A DNA stretch of 64,000 nucleotides from a virus. Taxonomy: Duplodnaviria > Heunggongvirae > Uroviricota > Caudoviricetes. Under the pieces are notes generated by a model. It saw only the letters and a program-made list of their open reading frames with translations, ran no database searches and was not told the origin of the DNA. Below are positions 27,402-37,579 of the stretch, piece after piece (the stretch's first letter is position 1; each line of letters starts with the position of its first letter). Both the position numbers and the translations under genes were made by a program. Where the stretch lies: the IMG/VR virus record IMGVR_UViG_3300028914_000001, positions 285,489-349,488 of that record, one strand, 5' to 3'.

Positions 27402-27668
27402 TTACTTGACCGTGGTTACATCGGTTCCATCAGGAAGGGTCTGAGTCATTTTCAGGCCCTCTTCTGTTATACGGATGTTGTTGTCCTTGTGTTCGTCGAG
27501 GGTTTCAAACTCGGCAAGGGACGGGGGTTCCTCGTCGGCCATGTCAACGAGGTTTGCGTCGGGGGTGTTTTCCCCGTATACGGTGTTGTACAGGTCGCTT
27601 ACCGTCTGTTTGTCAATGTCGTTGAGTTCTTCCGAACCTTCGATTGCTTCTAAAAAACTGCGTTTCAT
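27402..27668 (-). CDS. acidic hypothetical protein
   Basis: 88 aa, AGGAG RBS, coupled to the upstream gene. Confidence 0.6.
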   Translation of the reverse strand: MKRSFLEAIEGSEELNDIDKQTVSDLYNTVYGENTPDANLVDMADEEPPSLAEFETLDEHKDNNIRITEEGLKMTQTLPDGTDVTTVK

Positions 27669-28489
27669 TTTGTTGTCTCCTTGGGGAACCCTTTCATGGT
27701 TATGACCCCGTTCTCGCTCAGCCTAAGCAGTTTGCTGTAATCTCCTACCTGCCAATCTCCCGAATCGACGCCAGAGTGTCTAGGGTCTTCCCAGAACGAC
27801 TTGGTGTAACCCTTTATGTTCGGACCCGGCTTAAATATAGAAAATACATGCGACCGGGTGTAGTTCTTCATTACATGGAGGATGGATTTTCCGCACAAGT
27901 CCTTGTTCTTGAATATCTTGTACCAGACAAGGTACTTGTCGTCGGGGTCGGTCACGTTCGGCTTGATGACGAGTGCGAACTCTCCACGGTTGAACTTCAT
28001 CGTCCTGAGGTAGTCATCGTCGGTGAACCTGTGTCTCGGGAATCCTCCCTCGTTACAGTACACTGACACGACATACTTGCCGTTGCTCATTTCCTTGATT
28101 CGTTCAATCCATTCGGAGAAGGTGTACCCGTGGCAACCTCGTATTCCGCTCCCGTTCCACTCGCTGAACTTTATGCGTGAGAACTGGTATATGTGAATCA
28201 TCTCGTGAAGGAGGAGCTGTTCAGCCTCGTGCTGGGTGATGTTGTTGTAGAATGTGGAGAGCCTTATCCTGAATGTCCCGACGTACCACTCGTGGTTTTT
28301 CATCGTGCATTCCTTCGTGCGGCGTTCGTTTTTCCAGTATCTTGCGTCTCCACCGAAGGTTTTTGCGTTTACGAGCTTGAACTCAATATTGGCAGGGAGC
28401 TTTCCCTTGAAGAACATGGCGTTAAACTTGTCGTATGACTCCCTCATCCATTCGATTGTCGGAACAAACATAACCCTTCCGTTCTTCAT
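27665..28489 (-). CDS. SprT-like zinc metalloprotease
   Basis: YDKFNAMFFKGKLP, IRLS, LLHEMIH, HGYTF. Confidence 0.85.
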   Translation of the reverse strand: MKNGRVMFVPTIEWMRESYDKFNAMFFKGKLPANIEFKLVNAKTFGGDARYWKNERRTKECTMKNHEWYVGTFRIRLSTFYNNITQHEAEQLLLHEMIHIYQFSRIKFSEWNGSGIRGCHGYTFSEWIERIKEMSNGKYVVSVYCNEGGFPRHRFTDDDYLRTMKFNRGEFALVIKPNVTDPDDKYLVWYKIFKNKDLCGKSILHVMKNYTRSHVFSIFKPGPNIKGYTKSFWEDPRHSGVDSGDWQVGDYSKLLRLSENGVITMKGFPKETTK

Positions 28490-28512
28490 ATTTCCCCCAG
28501 TGCGTACCTTAA

Positions 28513-28540
28513 AGTTTATAGGGCGGCGACCCGATAAACT
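28513..28540. promoter_or_regulatory. divergent pair of putative late promoters
   Basis: TATAAACT on minus (28513-28520) and GATAAACT on plus (28533-28540). Confidence 0.55.
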
Positions 28541-28563
28541 ATTATAAAAAACGAGGAGTTATT

Positions 28564-29427
28564 ATGGCTAAATTTGCTATTAGCGTCAATGGTGGTGGCG
28601 CACTTGGTATTGGTCCCCTGCATTTCATGAGAAGGCTCGAATCGGCTCTTGGAAAGCCGCTTACCGAGATGGCCGTTGCCTATGCTGGCACATCCACGGG
28701 CGCAATCATCGCAGCATGCCTGTCCGAGGGCATCAACGCTACCAACCTGTTCGACCTGTACGACAAGAACCTTTCCAAGATATTCACCAAGTATTCGTGG
28801 TACAAGAGGTTGCAGCCTAGCTGTCCGACCTATGACAACAGCAACCTGAAGAAGCTGTTGCAGGAGAAGTTGAAGGGAAAGTGCAAGGACTGGAAAAAGC
28901 CTACCTACATCACGACAACTTTCATGAACGGAAAGTCCGTTGAAAAGGTATGGGATAACAAGGACGACCAAGACAAGTGGTTTGCGGTACTTTCTTCTAC
29001 GGCGGCCCCGACATATTTCGATGTCCTCTCGAAGGACGGAAACTATTACTGTGACGGAGGCATGTGGTCAAACTCTCCGATTATGGTGCTTGAATCTGGT
29101 TTGAAGCGTGACTATCCTAACTGGAAGAATGTCAAGCTGCTCTCGTTCAACACGGGCATGGATACCCCGAACGATGACACCAAGGGAAACCGCAACTTGC
29201 TCCAATGGGGCGAGTACATCCTTGACAACTGGGTTGCAAGGGCTGGCAAGAGCGACCTCTTCGAAGCTCAGGCAAACCTCGGCAAGGAAAACGTGTACGA
29301 AGTGTCTCCTACGGTCAAGAAGAAATATAAAATGGATAACCTGTCTTTGAAGAACGAGGTTATCCAGATTTGGGACAATGAATTCAACCGCATCGGTGAC
29401 GAAGTGGTCAAGTTCATCAAGGGTTAA
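28564..29427 (+). CDS. patatin-like phospholipase
   Basis: GGGALG oxyanion loop, GTSTG nucleophile, AAPTYF, DGG. Confidence 0.92.
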   Translation: MAKFAISVNGGGALGIGPLHFMRRLESALGKPLTEMAVAYAGTSTGAIIAACLSEGINATNLFDLYDKNLSKIFTKYSWYKRLQPSCPTYDNSNLKKLLQEKLKGKCKDWKKPTYITTTFMNGKSVEKVWDNKDDQDKWFAVLSSTAAPTYFDVLSKDGNYYCDGGMWSNSPIMVLESGLKRDYPNWKNVKLLSFNTGMDTPNDDTKGNRNLLQWGEYILDNWVARAGKSDLFEAQANLGKENVYEVSPTVKKKYKMDNLSLKNEVIQIWDNEFNRIGDEVVKFIKG

Positions 29428-30101
29428 CGCTTTGGCTGGGGATAGGTCACCTTCGAGTTCGAATGGATGTCGTATCCCCTCCATTCCATCCAGTAACCCA
29501 TAATGTATTCTGAAAGATACCCGTAAAGGCGGGGTTCCAGTTTACCGTGCATCACGTCAACGGTGAACTTTTCCAGCATTGGGAAAAGGAACCTGGAGTA
29601 GTCGTCGACTACCCTCTTGTTTCCGATGAACATGTTGCATCCGTAGTATCCACGTTCGGTAAGCATGCGGTTCATCATGTAGTCCACAAATTCGCTGGAA
29701 TATCTGTCCCTAAGGTACATGAACCACTTGAACATCATTTCCTTCACGATGGTATCGGTGCTTGCGTTAGGGTTGTGCTTTTCCCTTGCAATCCATGACA
29801 TGACGTTCGGCGAATACAGGTGGTTTGGGGACATGATGATGTCGTGGCTGGACAATATGTTTTTGATTGTGTCTTCCTGGAGTAGACGGTCTGGCGTCTT
29901 GACATCTTCCGTGAAAAAGCGGCGATAATGTTCAAGGCCGACGATGTCGGTGTTTACCTGTTTCCACAGCTTGTATAGACCTCCAAGCTCGCAGAAGTAA
30001 TGGTGGTCAAGGTAGCAGTTGGTCAAGTTGTAGAAGGCACGGGGACGGCCTACGCTGACAGGCACCAGTGTCGGGTCGAGTCCGCAAATAAGGATAAGCA
30101 T
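29424..30101 (-). CDS. DUF4422-family glycosyltransferase-like protein
   Basis: FCELGGLYKLWK, VGLEHYRRFF, CNMFI, RLYGYLSE; likely start ATG at 30101. Confidence 0.75.
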   Translation of the reverse strand: MLILICGLDPTLVPVSVGRPRAFYNLTNCYLDHHYFCELGGLYKLWKQVNTDIVGLEHYRRFFTEDVKTPDRLLQEDTIKNILSSHDIIMSPNHLYSPNVMSWIAREKHNPNASTDTIVKEMMFKWFMYLRDRYSSEFVDYMMNRMLTERGYYGCNMFIGNKRVVDDYSRFLFPMLEKFTVDVMHGKLEPRLYGYLSEYIMGYWMEWRGYDIHSNSKVTYPQPKR

Positions 30102-31579
30102 TAGAGTTCCTCCCTGCAAATAACGGTTCTTTCGGTTTCTTCCAGGTCGCTGAGGTCCTTGTTGAAACGGATGTGGGGTTGCAGTTTCAATTTGTACTTG
30201 TTGAACAGGAGCCATGAGCCGAAGGTAAATTCGCCTAGGTAACCGATGTGACGGAATTTCTTTTCCGAAACCGGGTACTTCTTCATGAATTTTCTGGTGT
30301 TCGGGAACAGCCATTCGCAATACTTGTCTATCAGCTCCTTCTTGGCGATAAACATGTTGCAGCAAATGAGCATGTCGTGATGCAGCCTGTCAAGGCAGAA
30401 CTGCTTGAAACCGGGGGTTCCTTCCTCGACGATATCCAGCCATGCGTTGAACATCTTCGTATAGTGGGATACTTCGAGGAAGCTGTATGCGCTCCTTCCT
30501 TTGGTGTGCTGGTGGAATGCGACGATGGCGTCGTATTTTTCGAGAATTTCGAGGGCATCGCTTTTCGGGAGGATGTTGTACGAGCTATTTACATCGTAAC
30601 TTCCGTTGTCCTGCATGACGAAGCATCTGCGGTAATGTTCGAGGCCGACATACTTTGCCTTACTGTGCTTGTGCAGGTAATACAGGGCCGTCAGCTCGCA
30701 GAACCACGGGTTGAACTTGTCGATGTTCGGCTCGTCGTGTTCCTCGTCAACAAAGAAGAATTTGCGGCACGGGTCGTTCTCGATGATTCTGGCAACACGG
30801 TTCTTCGTGGACGATACTACATAGACTTCCATTTCTTCGTCAGGGTCACCTTCTTTCTTCAACGGCAGTGCGTGTGAAATAGGAGGGAAGAGTTTGTCGT
30901 AATACTTTTGCACCGCCTCGATGATTGCTTCCTTGTTCTGTGGTTCTGGAAGTTCTAATGCGGGTGAGAGGTGCCTGATGTCCAGTTCGTAGTCGGCACA
31001 TACAATCGCCATGAAAATGTAGGCGGTATCTTCGTTCATCGGAACCGTGTCGAAATCGAACTCGTGCATGAATGTGAACATCGTCGAGTCGGATGGCGGA
31101 TACAGAGTGTCCTGCGGGCACACGATTTCGTAATACTTGTTAGACAGGTTCGTATCTTTCCTCTTCTCGGCAAGAGAGGAGAAGGTCGCAACTGGCTTGT
31201 CATCGTTCCGTGACACCTTGACCAGGTTGAAAGCTGCGGTGCAGATGCTTCTCGGGAATTTCTCGTGCATCCTGTACAGTCCTTCGAGGCAGTTCGAATC
31301 GTAGTTGATTCCCGACTTTACCGAAATTATAGGAAGTGATGGGTATTCGTCCATCCCGTATACGATTGCCGCCAACGGGTCGTCCGTGGGTGCCATCAGA
31401 TGGGTGCTTACCCTGTTCATTTCCTTGATTGCCTCGGGGACGGTAAACCCTTCCGTTTCGGTCTGGATGCACAGAAGTACGTTGATTTCTGGATTCTTGT
31501 TCAGGATTGAGCATACTGTCTTGCGGCATTGGCCCAATTCATGTTCTTTAACTTGCAAAACGGCGATAGCTTTTGTCAT
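30101..31579 (-). CDS. degenerate GT-A-like N-terminal domain fused to DUF4422
   Basis: NPWFCELTALYY, YVGLEHYRR, CNMFIAK, RHIGYLGE. Confidence 0.75.
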   Translation of the reverse strand: MTKAIAVLQVKEHELGQCRKTVCSILNKNPEINVLLCIQTETEGFTVPEAIKEMNRVSTHLMAPTDDPLAAIVYGMDEYPSLPIISVKSGINYDSNCLEGLYRMHEKFPRSICTAAFNLVKVSRNDDKPVATFSSLAEKRKDTNLSNKYYEIVCPQDTLYPPSDSTMFTFMHEFDFDTVPMNEDTAYIFMAIVCADYELDIRHLSPALELPEPQNKEAIIEAVQKYYDKLFPPISHALPLKKEGDPDEEMEVYVVSSTKNRVARIIENDPCRKFFFVDEEHDEPNIDKFNPWFCELTALYYLHKHSKAKYVGLEHYRRCFVMQDNGSYDVNSSYNILPKSDALEILEKYDAIVAFHQHTKGRSAYSFLEVSHYTKMFNAWLDIVEEGTPGFKQFCLDRLHHDMLICCNMFIAKKELIDKYCEWLFPNTRKFMKKYPVSEKKFRHIGYLGEFTFGSWLLFNKYKLKLQPHIRFNKDLSDLEETERTVICREEL

Positions 31580-31626
31580 TGTCGCTCCTTTAATCGCAAT
31601 TAAAATATATTTTTGAAGTCAAACTC

Positions 31627-31655
31627 TTGCCAACCGTTTTTAAATAATCTATATT
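31627..31655 (+). promoter_or_regulatory. sigma70-type early promoter
   Basis: TTGCCA-17 nt-TATATT. Confidence 0.7.
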
Positions 31656-31662
31656 GCATGAC

Positions 31663-32475
31663 ATGAAACAATATCTCGATTTACTCCAAGACATTATGAC
31701 GAACGGCGTTGACCGTTCCGACCGCACGGGTACAGGTACCCGTTCCGTTTTTGGCCGTCAGTGCCGTTATGACCTCACCGCAGGATTCCCGTGCCTCACC
31801 ACGAAGAAGCTGCACCTCCGTTCAATCATTCATGAACTCCTTTGGTTCCTTGCAGGCGATACCAATATCAAGTATCTCCATGACAACAAGGTGACCATCT
31901 GGGATGAATGGGCTGATGAAAACGGTGACTTGGGCCCTGTTTATGGTCACCAGTGGCGTTCATGGCCGACACCAGACGGAGGCCATATCGACCAGATTAA
32001 GAACCTTGTCGTAAGCCTCAGAAATAACCCAGATTCCCGTCGCCATGTCGTATGCGCATGGAATGTGGCCGAAGTTGACAAGATGGCATTGCCGCCTTGC
32101 CATTGCCTGTTCCAGTTCTATGTCGGTGGCGTTGGCGATTCTGGAAAGCGCAAGCTGAGCTGTCAGCTCTATCAGCGTAGCGCCGACACCTTCCTTGGCG
32201 TTCCGTTCAACATCGCTTCCTATGCCCTTCTGACGATGATGCTGGCTCAGGTCTGCGACTACGAACCGTGCGAGTTCGTTCACACCTTGGGTGACACCCA
32301 CATCTACCACAACCATTTCGAGCAGGTTCATGAACAACTGTCACGAACCCCGAAGGCGTTGCCGACAATGAAGATTAACCCGGATGTAAAGGACATCTTC
32401 GCATTCCGCTACGAAGACTTCGAGCTGGTAAACTATGACCCGTATCCTTCAATCAAGGCGCCGATAGCAGTATGA
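31663..32475 (+). CDS. thyA: thymidylate synthase
   Basis: [38 protein letters not shown]. Confidence 0.97.
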   Translation: MKQYLDLLQDIMTNGVDRSDRTGTGTRSVFGRQCRYDLTAGFPCLTTKKLHLRSIIHELLWFLAGDTNIKYLHDNKVTIWDEWADENGDLGPVYGHQWRSWPTPDGGHIDQIKNLVVSLRNNPDSRRHVVCAWNVAEVDKMALPPCHCLFQFYVGGVGDSGKRKLSCQLYQRSADTFLGVPFNIASYALLTMMLAQVCDYEPCEFVHTLGDTHIYHNHFEQVHEQLSRTPKALPTMKINPDVKDIFAFRYEDFELVNYDPYPSIKAPIAV

Positions 32476-33095
32476 TTATCTCGATGATTGTAGCAATGAC
32501 CCCCGATATGATTATCGGGAACAACGGTCACCTTCCTTGGCATATCGGCTCGGACCTGAGACGGTTCAGGCGGATTACGTCGGGACACCACATCCTTATG
32601 GGCCGTGTGAACTACGAGGATATCGGCAGACCGTTGCCTGGACGAACCAACCTCATCCTTACCCGTGACAAGGATTTCAAGGCAGATGGGTGCTTCACGG
32701 TGTCTTCCATCGAGGAAGCCATCAAGATGGCCGAGGCTGCTGGCGAGACCGAACTTTTCGTCATCGGAGGCGCCTCCGCTTACAGGGCGGCCATGCCGTA
32801 TGCCGACAAGCTGTACCTCACAATCGTGTGTGCCAAGGTCGAAGGCACGGTAAAGTTCCCGCAGGAATGCTGGACTACCGAATGGAAGCAGGTCGGCAAC
32901 AACGCCCACGGTCAAAGATACGAAATCCCCGTTGTCTATCCTGACTCTAACGACGACTTCAATACGCTGTATTGCACGTTCGTAAAGGATTCGTATTTCG
33001 ACAAGACCGGGTTAGAACCTAATTACCTTCCGGCGTACGTTCCTGATTTTAAGGATTTGTACGCCGCAACAATTATGAATATGGAGACAAAATGA
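32472..33095 (+). CDS. folA: dihydrofolate reductase with C-terminal extension
   Basis: [27 protein letters not shown]. Confidence 0.93.
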   Translation: MIISMIVAMTPDMIIGNNGHLPWHIGSDLRRFRRITSGHHILMGRVNYEDIGRPLPGRTNLILTRDKDFKADGCFTVSSIEEAIKMAEAAGETELFVIGGASAYRAAMPYADKLYLTIVCAKVEGTVKFPQECWTTEWKQVGNNAHGQRYEIPVVYPDSNDDFNTLYCTFVKDSYFDKTGLEPNYLPAYVPDFKDLYAATIMNMETK

Positions 33096-33481
33096 ATCTA
33101 ATTTACGTTTTCTTTATGATGCTGTTCCTTCACGTCCTTGACGACTTTCACTTCCAGGGATGTCTCGCCAATTTGAAGCAGAAGTCTTGGTGGGAAACAC
33201 ACGCCCCGGACCCGATGTACAAGTATGACTGGATTCCGGCCCTTGCTGCCCATGTCATCACTTGGACCATGTTCATTATGCTTCCCTGCGTAATCTTCAT
33301 GGATGTACCTGTCTGGCTTGTCGTTGTGCTGTTCGTCGCTAACTGCGCTTTCCATTTCTGGATTGACGACTTGAAGTGCAACCGCATGGCGTTGAACCTT
33401 ATCGAGGACCAGCTTTTCCACCTTTCCCAAATAACCCTCACCTTCCTCGTCTGCTGGAAGATTCCCGCAATGTTCGTCTAA
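33092..33481 (+). CDS. DUF3307-family membrane protein
   Basis: HVLDDFHFQ, HFWIDDLK, DQLFH, TM segments. Confidence 0.75.
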   Translation: MNLIYVFFMMLFLHVLDDFHFQGCLANLKQKSWWETHAPDPMYKYDWIPALAAHVITWTMFIMLPCVIFMDVPVWLVVVLFVANCAFHFWIDDLKCNRMALNLIEDQLFHLSQITLTFLVCWKIPAMFV

Positions 33482-33492
33482 AAGGAGATAAC

Positions 33493-34368
33493 ATGAGCCA
33501 CTACACCACATACGTTGTCACGAAGACAAACGACAAAGAAGAACTTGACAAGCTGATGCTGCCGTATCATGAATACGAATGCACGGGCATGACCGCTTAT
33601 TGCGTCTATGTAGACAAGACTTCCGAATTCCACACTGATTATGATAAGAATAAAGAGGATTATGAGTCTCCCGAAGAGTTCTTGGAGTCGTGGTATGGTA
33701 TTAAATCTGACCGTATCTATGAAGATGAACCTGCGGAAAAGCCAGAAGACTCGTATGCTGTCGTCAATAACGGCGAGGTCAAGAAGGTCTACACCTTTAC
33801 AAATCCGAACCATAAGTGGGATTACTATACCCCGTTTGACTGGGCTGGCTGCACTTTTGTTAAAGCCGGGGTTAACGTTGAAGGTGTGAAGGCTATTCAA
33901 AAATCTCAACTTGACATCGACACTTTCATGGATGCCAGAAAGAAGTATTTCAGTGAAGTGTACAACAAGTTGAAACCTTATTTCAAACCAGATTTCATTA
34001 GCTGGGAAGACGCACGTAAACAAAATGGAGATGACATTCCCAAGGCAAGAGAAGTCTACAACAATCAGCAGAGCGTCAAGGATATGATGGCTGGCATCGG
34101 CTCGACCGAACTGTTCCATATCAGATGGTCAATCAGTGTTGATGACATCGCTGTGATGACCGAAGAACAGTTTGTCGATAACAACATGCGTGAAGCAGCC
34201 CCGTTCTGGGCTATTGTCCTTCCGACGGGCGAATGGGTAGAACACGGCCACATGGGCTGGTGGGCTGTCAGCTGGGATGAAGACAAGGATTTCAGCAAGA
34301 CCTGGACGGAAATCTGGAAAAAACTTCCTGACGACTGCTATGTCTGGCGCTGTGATTGCCATACCTAG
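33493..34368 (+). CDS. conserved phage hypothetical protein
   Basis: MSHY..YV, NPNHKWDYY, GEW...G.MGWW, DCH C-terminus; AAGGAG RBS. Confidence 0.7.
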   Translation: MSHYTTYVVTKTNDKEELDKLMLPYHEYECTGMTAYCVYVDKTSEFHTDYDKNKEDYESPEEFLESWYGIKSDRIYEDEPAEKPEDSYAVVNNGEVKKVYTFTNPNHKWDYYTPFDWAGCTFVKAGVNVEGVKAIQKSQLDIDTFMDARKKYFSEVYNKLKPYFKPDFISWEDARKQNGDDIPKAREVYNNQQSVKDMMAGIGSTELFHIRWSISVDDIAVMTEEQFVDNNMREAAPFWAIVLPTGEWVEHGHMGWWAVSWDEDKDFSKTWTEIWKKLPDDCYVWRCDCHT

Positions 34369-34383
34369 TTTGAGGAACTGTAT

Positions 34384-34659
34384 ATGGAAAAGAGAAAAAT
34401 CAAGCTGCTTGTCAGCGTAGAGTATCAGCCAGAACTTCTGCACAACATTAGAGATGAATCCAATAAACTGATTGACCAGGTTAATGAAGAGCCGACTTCC
34501 GCCGATATTGCTTTGATGGATGAAAAAATCAAGGACAGTATCGAATGTGCGTTGGATAACCTGTTCGACGATGGATTTGATTATCCAGGCCGCAAGGATT
34601 ATTTACTGAACCACGGCGACGCCAGATATAAAGTTGTTACGTTTGTGAGGATTAACTAA
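34384..34659 (+). CDS. hypothetical protein
   Basis: GAGGA RBS, 91 aa. Confidence 0.55.
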   Translation: MEKRKIKLLVSVEYQPELLHNIRDESNKLIDQVNEEPTSADIALMDEKIKDSIECALDNLFDDGFDYPGRKDYLLNHGDARYKVVTFVRIN

Positions 34660-34672
34660 ATTCAATCGGAGG

Positions 34673-34951
34673 ATGAATATGAATACTGACAAGGGAACTA
34701 TTATTGGTGAAAACCGAACATACCGTCTTCTCGACCTGTTCGCAGACCTTGCTGGCAGGGTGCATACCTACGGCCCCAACGCCGTAATCAGATTCACAGG
34801 TAAGGGATGGCAGGTGGAAGCCCGCAAGGCGACTCCTCCTGAACGCCGTCTGATTGGAATGGTGTCCGACCTAGTGGACGCATTGAAGCAATATCATCCA
34901 GACACGAAAGTCACTATCGTGGACGGACAGGGAACGATGCGTTTCGGGTAA
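34673..34951 (+). CDS. hypothetical protein
   Basis: GGAGG RBS, 92 aa. Confidence 0.55.
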   Translation: MNMNTDKGTIIGENRTYRLLDLFADLAGRVHTYGPNAVIRFTGKGWQVEARKATPPERRLIGMVSDLVDALKQYHPDTKVTIVDGQGTMRFG

Positions 34952-34954
34952 TGT

Positions 34955-35569
34955 ATGGCTAAGTATAACGAAAAGTGGAACGAGCATTGCGACCGTCTGA
35001 TTAAGATTGCCGACTCAATCGAGTTGCACAAGCTTACCATCCTTACGGGAAGCAACGCTTCTGGCAAGTCTGTGATACGCAAGATTCTGCCGAAGTACAT
35101 CGCACAGAAGCTGAATCTCGACTCCCCAGAGCATTGCGTGTCGTCCCTTTCGTTCATGACGAGAGCAGGACTGAACTACGCATGCGGCATCAACTTTCTA
35201 CGAGACAACGACTGGACTGCGACAAGCACGAACAGCGTGGACAAGGCCAAGAATGTTCTGGGTTTCAGCGACAGGTTCCTTGTTCTTGACGAGGTTGAGC
35301 TTGGCATGGGGGAGGAACTGCAGCTTGCGTTCGCCCAGTACATCAACTCGGTAAAGGAAAAGGTTCTGAAAGACAGTTACGGCCTCCTGGTCATAACCCA
35401 TTCGAGAATCGTCGCAAGCACCCTGAACGAGGATGCCTTCTTCAACATTGACGGCTACGAGACGAAACAGGAGTGGCTTGACCGAAAGATTGAGCCTACC
35501 GACTTGGAGCAGTTCGAAAAGGATGCTATGGACCTTTTCTGTTGCATCCGTGACCGTTCAAAGTCTTGA
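34955..35569 (+). CDS. standalone ABC-like P-loop ATPase
   Basis: LTGSNASGKS, LVLDEVELG, VITHS. Confidence 0.8.
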   Translation: MAKYNEKWNEHCDRLIKIADSIELHKLTILTGSNASGKSVIRKILPKYIAQKLNLDSPEHCVSSLSFMTRAGLNYACGINFLRDNDWTATSTNSVDKAKNVLGFSDRFLVLDEVELGMGEELQLAFAQYINSVKEKVLKDSYGLLVITHSRIVASTLNEDAFFNIDGYETKQEWLDRKIEPTDLEQFEKDAMDLFCCIRDRSKS

Positions 35570-35594
35570 CAAGTTCTGCATTAGTAACTATATT
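35566..35594 (+). promoter_or_regulatory. sigma70-type early promoter
   Basis: TTGACA-17 nt-TATATT. Confidence 0.8.
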
Positions 35595-35626
35595 ATCCTT
35601 CGGACCTAAACCGAAGGATTTTTTAT

Positions 35627-36028
35627 ATGGCAGTTATCGCAGTAGATTTTGACGGAACCCTTGCTCTCGGGGAAAGCTTTCCCGACGTGAACAAGTCCAT
35701 CCCGAACCGGGTTCTCATCGATGCTTTAAAAAAGTTACAGAACCTTGGCCATAAGCTAATCATGTGGACCTGCCGTGAAAACTACGGTGGCCGCCACTAC
35801 GAGGACGGTACTTACCTAGACGATGCCGTCCATTACTGTGAACAGCTCGGACTGAAGTTCGACTCCATAAACAACAATATCGGCGAGAAGGCTGGAGACC
35901 AGGGTATATATTTTGGCCGTAAAATCATGGCCGATATCTACATTGATGACAAGAGCATGGTGGTTGAGCCGATAAACTGGGAATGGTATGTTGAGCATCT
36001 TTTGATGCGTTTTGGAAACACGCTGTAA
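35627..36028 (+). CDS. small HAD-superfamily hydrolase
   Basis: IAVDFDGTL, WTCR, KIMADIYIDDK. Confidence 0.85.
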   Translation: MAVIAVDFDGTLALGESFPDVNKSIPNRVLIDALKKLQNLGHKLIMWTCRENYGGRHYEDGTYLDDAVHYCEQLGLKFDSINNNIGEKAGDQGIYFGRKIMADIYIDDKSMVVEPINWEWYVEHLLMRFGNTL

Positions 36029-36041
36029 CACGGGGGTTCCT

Positions 36042-36611
36042 ATGTACATGAGCGAAGACACTGAACTGAGAATAGCTGGGATTGAGGAAGAGTCGTTCGT
36101 TGACGGCCCTGGCATTCGTTTTGCCGTCTTCACCCAGGGTTGCAGCCACCATTGTCCCGAGTGTCATAACCCGGAGACCCACGCTTTCGGCAAGGGCAAA
36201 GTCGAGACTGCAGAATCCCTGCTGAAAATGATTGATTCGAACCCGTTGCTGACAGGGGTTACACTCAGCGGTGGCGACCCGATGGAACAGGCTGTCCAGC
36301 TTCTCCCGTTCGCACACGGGGTTAAGCTAAGGGGTTTGAACCTTATCATATACACGGGCTACTGCTACGAGATGCTCGTGTCCAAGTTTGCACATCCGGC
36401 GATGACGGAACTTCTTTCCTATGCTGACATCCTCGTGGACGGCCCTTACATGAAGGACCTCCGTGACCTGTCGCTGACGTTCAGGGGTTCGTCAAACCAG
36501 CGTATCATTGATGTCCAGAAGAGCCTTGTAGAAGGGGAAGTCGTGCTTCATAAGATGCAGGTCGAGGAAATGAAGCTGAAGATGGGAGATTTAGGTAGAT
36601 GGGGGGTTTAG
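36042..36611 (+). CDS. nrdG: anaerobic RNR activating radical SAM enzyme
   Basis: VDGPGIR, CSHHCPECHN, GVTLSGGDP, FRGSSNQR. Confidence 0.95.
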   Translation: MYMSEDTELRIAGIEEESFVDGPGIRFAVFTQGCSHHCPECHNPETHAFGKGKVETAESLLKMIDSNPLLTGVTLSGGDPMEQAVQLLPFAHGVKLRGLNLIIYTGYCYEMLVSKFAHPAMTELLSYADILVDGPYMKDLRDLSLTFRGSSNQRIIDVQKSLVEGEVVLHKMQVEEMKLKMGDLGRWGV

Positions 36612-36961
36612 GTGGTAGTGTCGGTTAGCGGATTGCTGTTTTCTATTGTTTTGGGTGTTATCGGAGCCATCATAGTGCTTTTGGTAACGGCAGGGCTGAG
36701 CCTTCTGTTCAAGACGCTCTGCAAGTTTTGCTCTTGGTTAAAAGAAAAATTTACAAAGGAAGTTTAATATATGCGTACACCACGAAAAGACATGTTTGTT
36801 TCCATATACGCCCTCGTCTGGGGTGTAACCGATATGGTTCTGTACTTTGTGTATGGCATGGATACGACGATGGTTTCAAATTGTGTGTTTATCATTCTGC
36901 TGATTGCTGTATTGATGTGCAGCCCTCTTATGCGATGGTTGAATAAAAAATAAAACACCCC

Positions 36962-36990
36962 TTGACAAGACTTTTTTAATGTTCTATATT
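36962..36990 (+). promoter_or_regulatory. sigma70-type early promoter of the NAD operon
   Basis: TTGACA-17 nt-TATATT with upstream A-tract. Confidence 0.85.
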
Positions 36991-37021
36991 TTCTCCTGTA
37001 CAACCACAGGAGATTTCTTTT

Positions 37022-37567
37022 ATGAAAAATAAAAACCTTATCATCGTCGACATGCAAGTTGACTTCATCACTGGCGCCCTCGCCAATCCCAACCAAGAAT
37101 GGGCACATACGGTAATCAAGAACATCTTCGAGCTACTCAAGAAATTTGATGGCAGGGTCTGGTTCACCCGTGACACTCATTCCATGAACTATCTTGAAAC
37201 CCAGGAAGGCAAGAATCTTAAGGTTCCGCACTGCATCAAGGGCACTCCTGGATGGGAAATCATCTCTGAATTCCGCCCGTGGGTCAACGAACATAATGTC
37301 ATCGATAAGAACACTTTTGGGTTCCCGTACTGGGGTGTTGTCCTCGGCGACCACGATACCTATTCTGGTATCGAAATTCCGCCGACCGAGGTCTACCTCG
37401 CTGGTACTGTAACTAGCATCTGCGTGGACAGCAATGCAAACGGTGTCAAGACGGCGTTCCCCGAAGCTATCGTCGGCGTGTACAAGGACTGCTGCCTCGA
37501 CGTCGACAAGAAACATCACGAAGCCGCATTGTTGGCAATGTCGGCAAAGCAAATCCAGATTCTCTAA
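37022..37567 (+). CDS. pncA: nicotinamidase (isochorismatase family)
   Basis: VDMQVDF, TRDTH, HCIKGTPG, DKNTF, TSICV (Asp-Lys-Cys triad and metal ligands). Confidence 0.88.
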   Translation: MKNKNLIIVDMQVDFITGALANPNQEWAHTVIKNIFELLKKFDGRVWFTRDTHSMNYLETQEGKNLKVPHCIKGTPGWEIISEFRPWVNEHNVIDKNTFGFPYWGVVLGDHDTYSGIEIPPTEVYLAGTVTSICVDSNANGVKTAFPEAIVGVYKDCCLDVDKKHHEAALLAMSAKQIQIL

Positions 37568-37579
37568 AAAGGAAACATC

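Noticed and set aside
28564-29427. CBASS operon
   Set aside because: No CD-NTase or Cap2/Cap3 genes next to the patatin.
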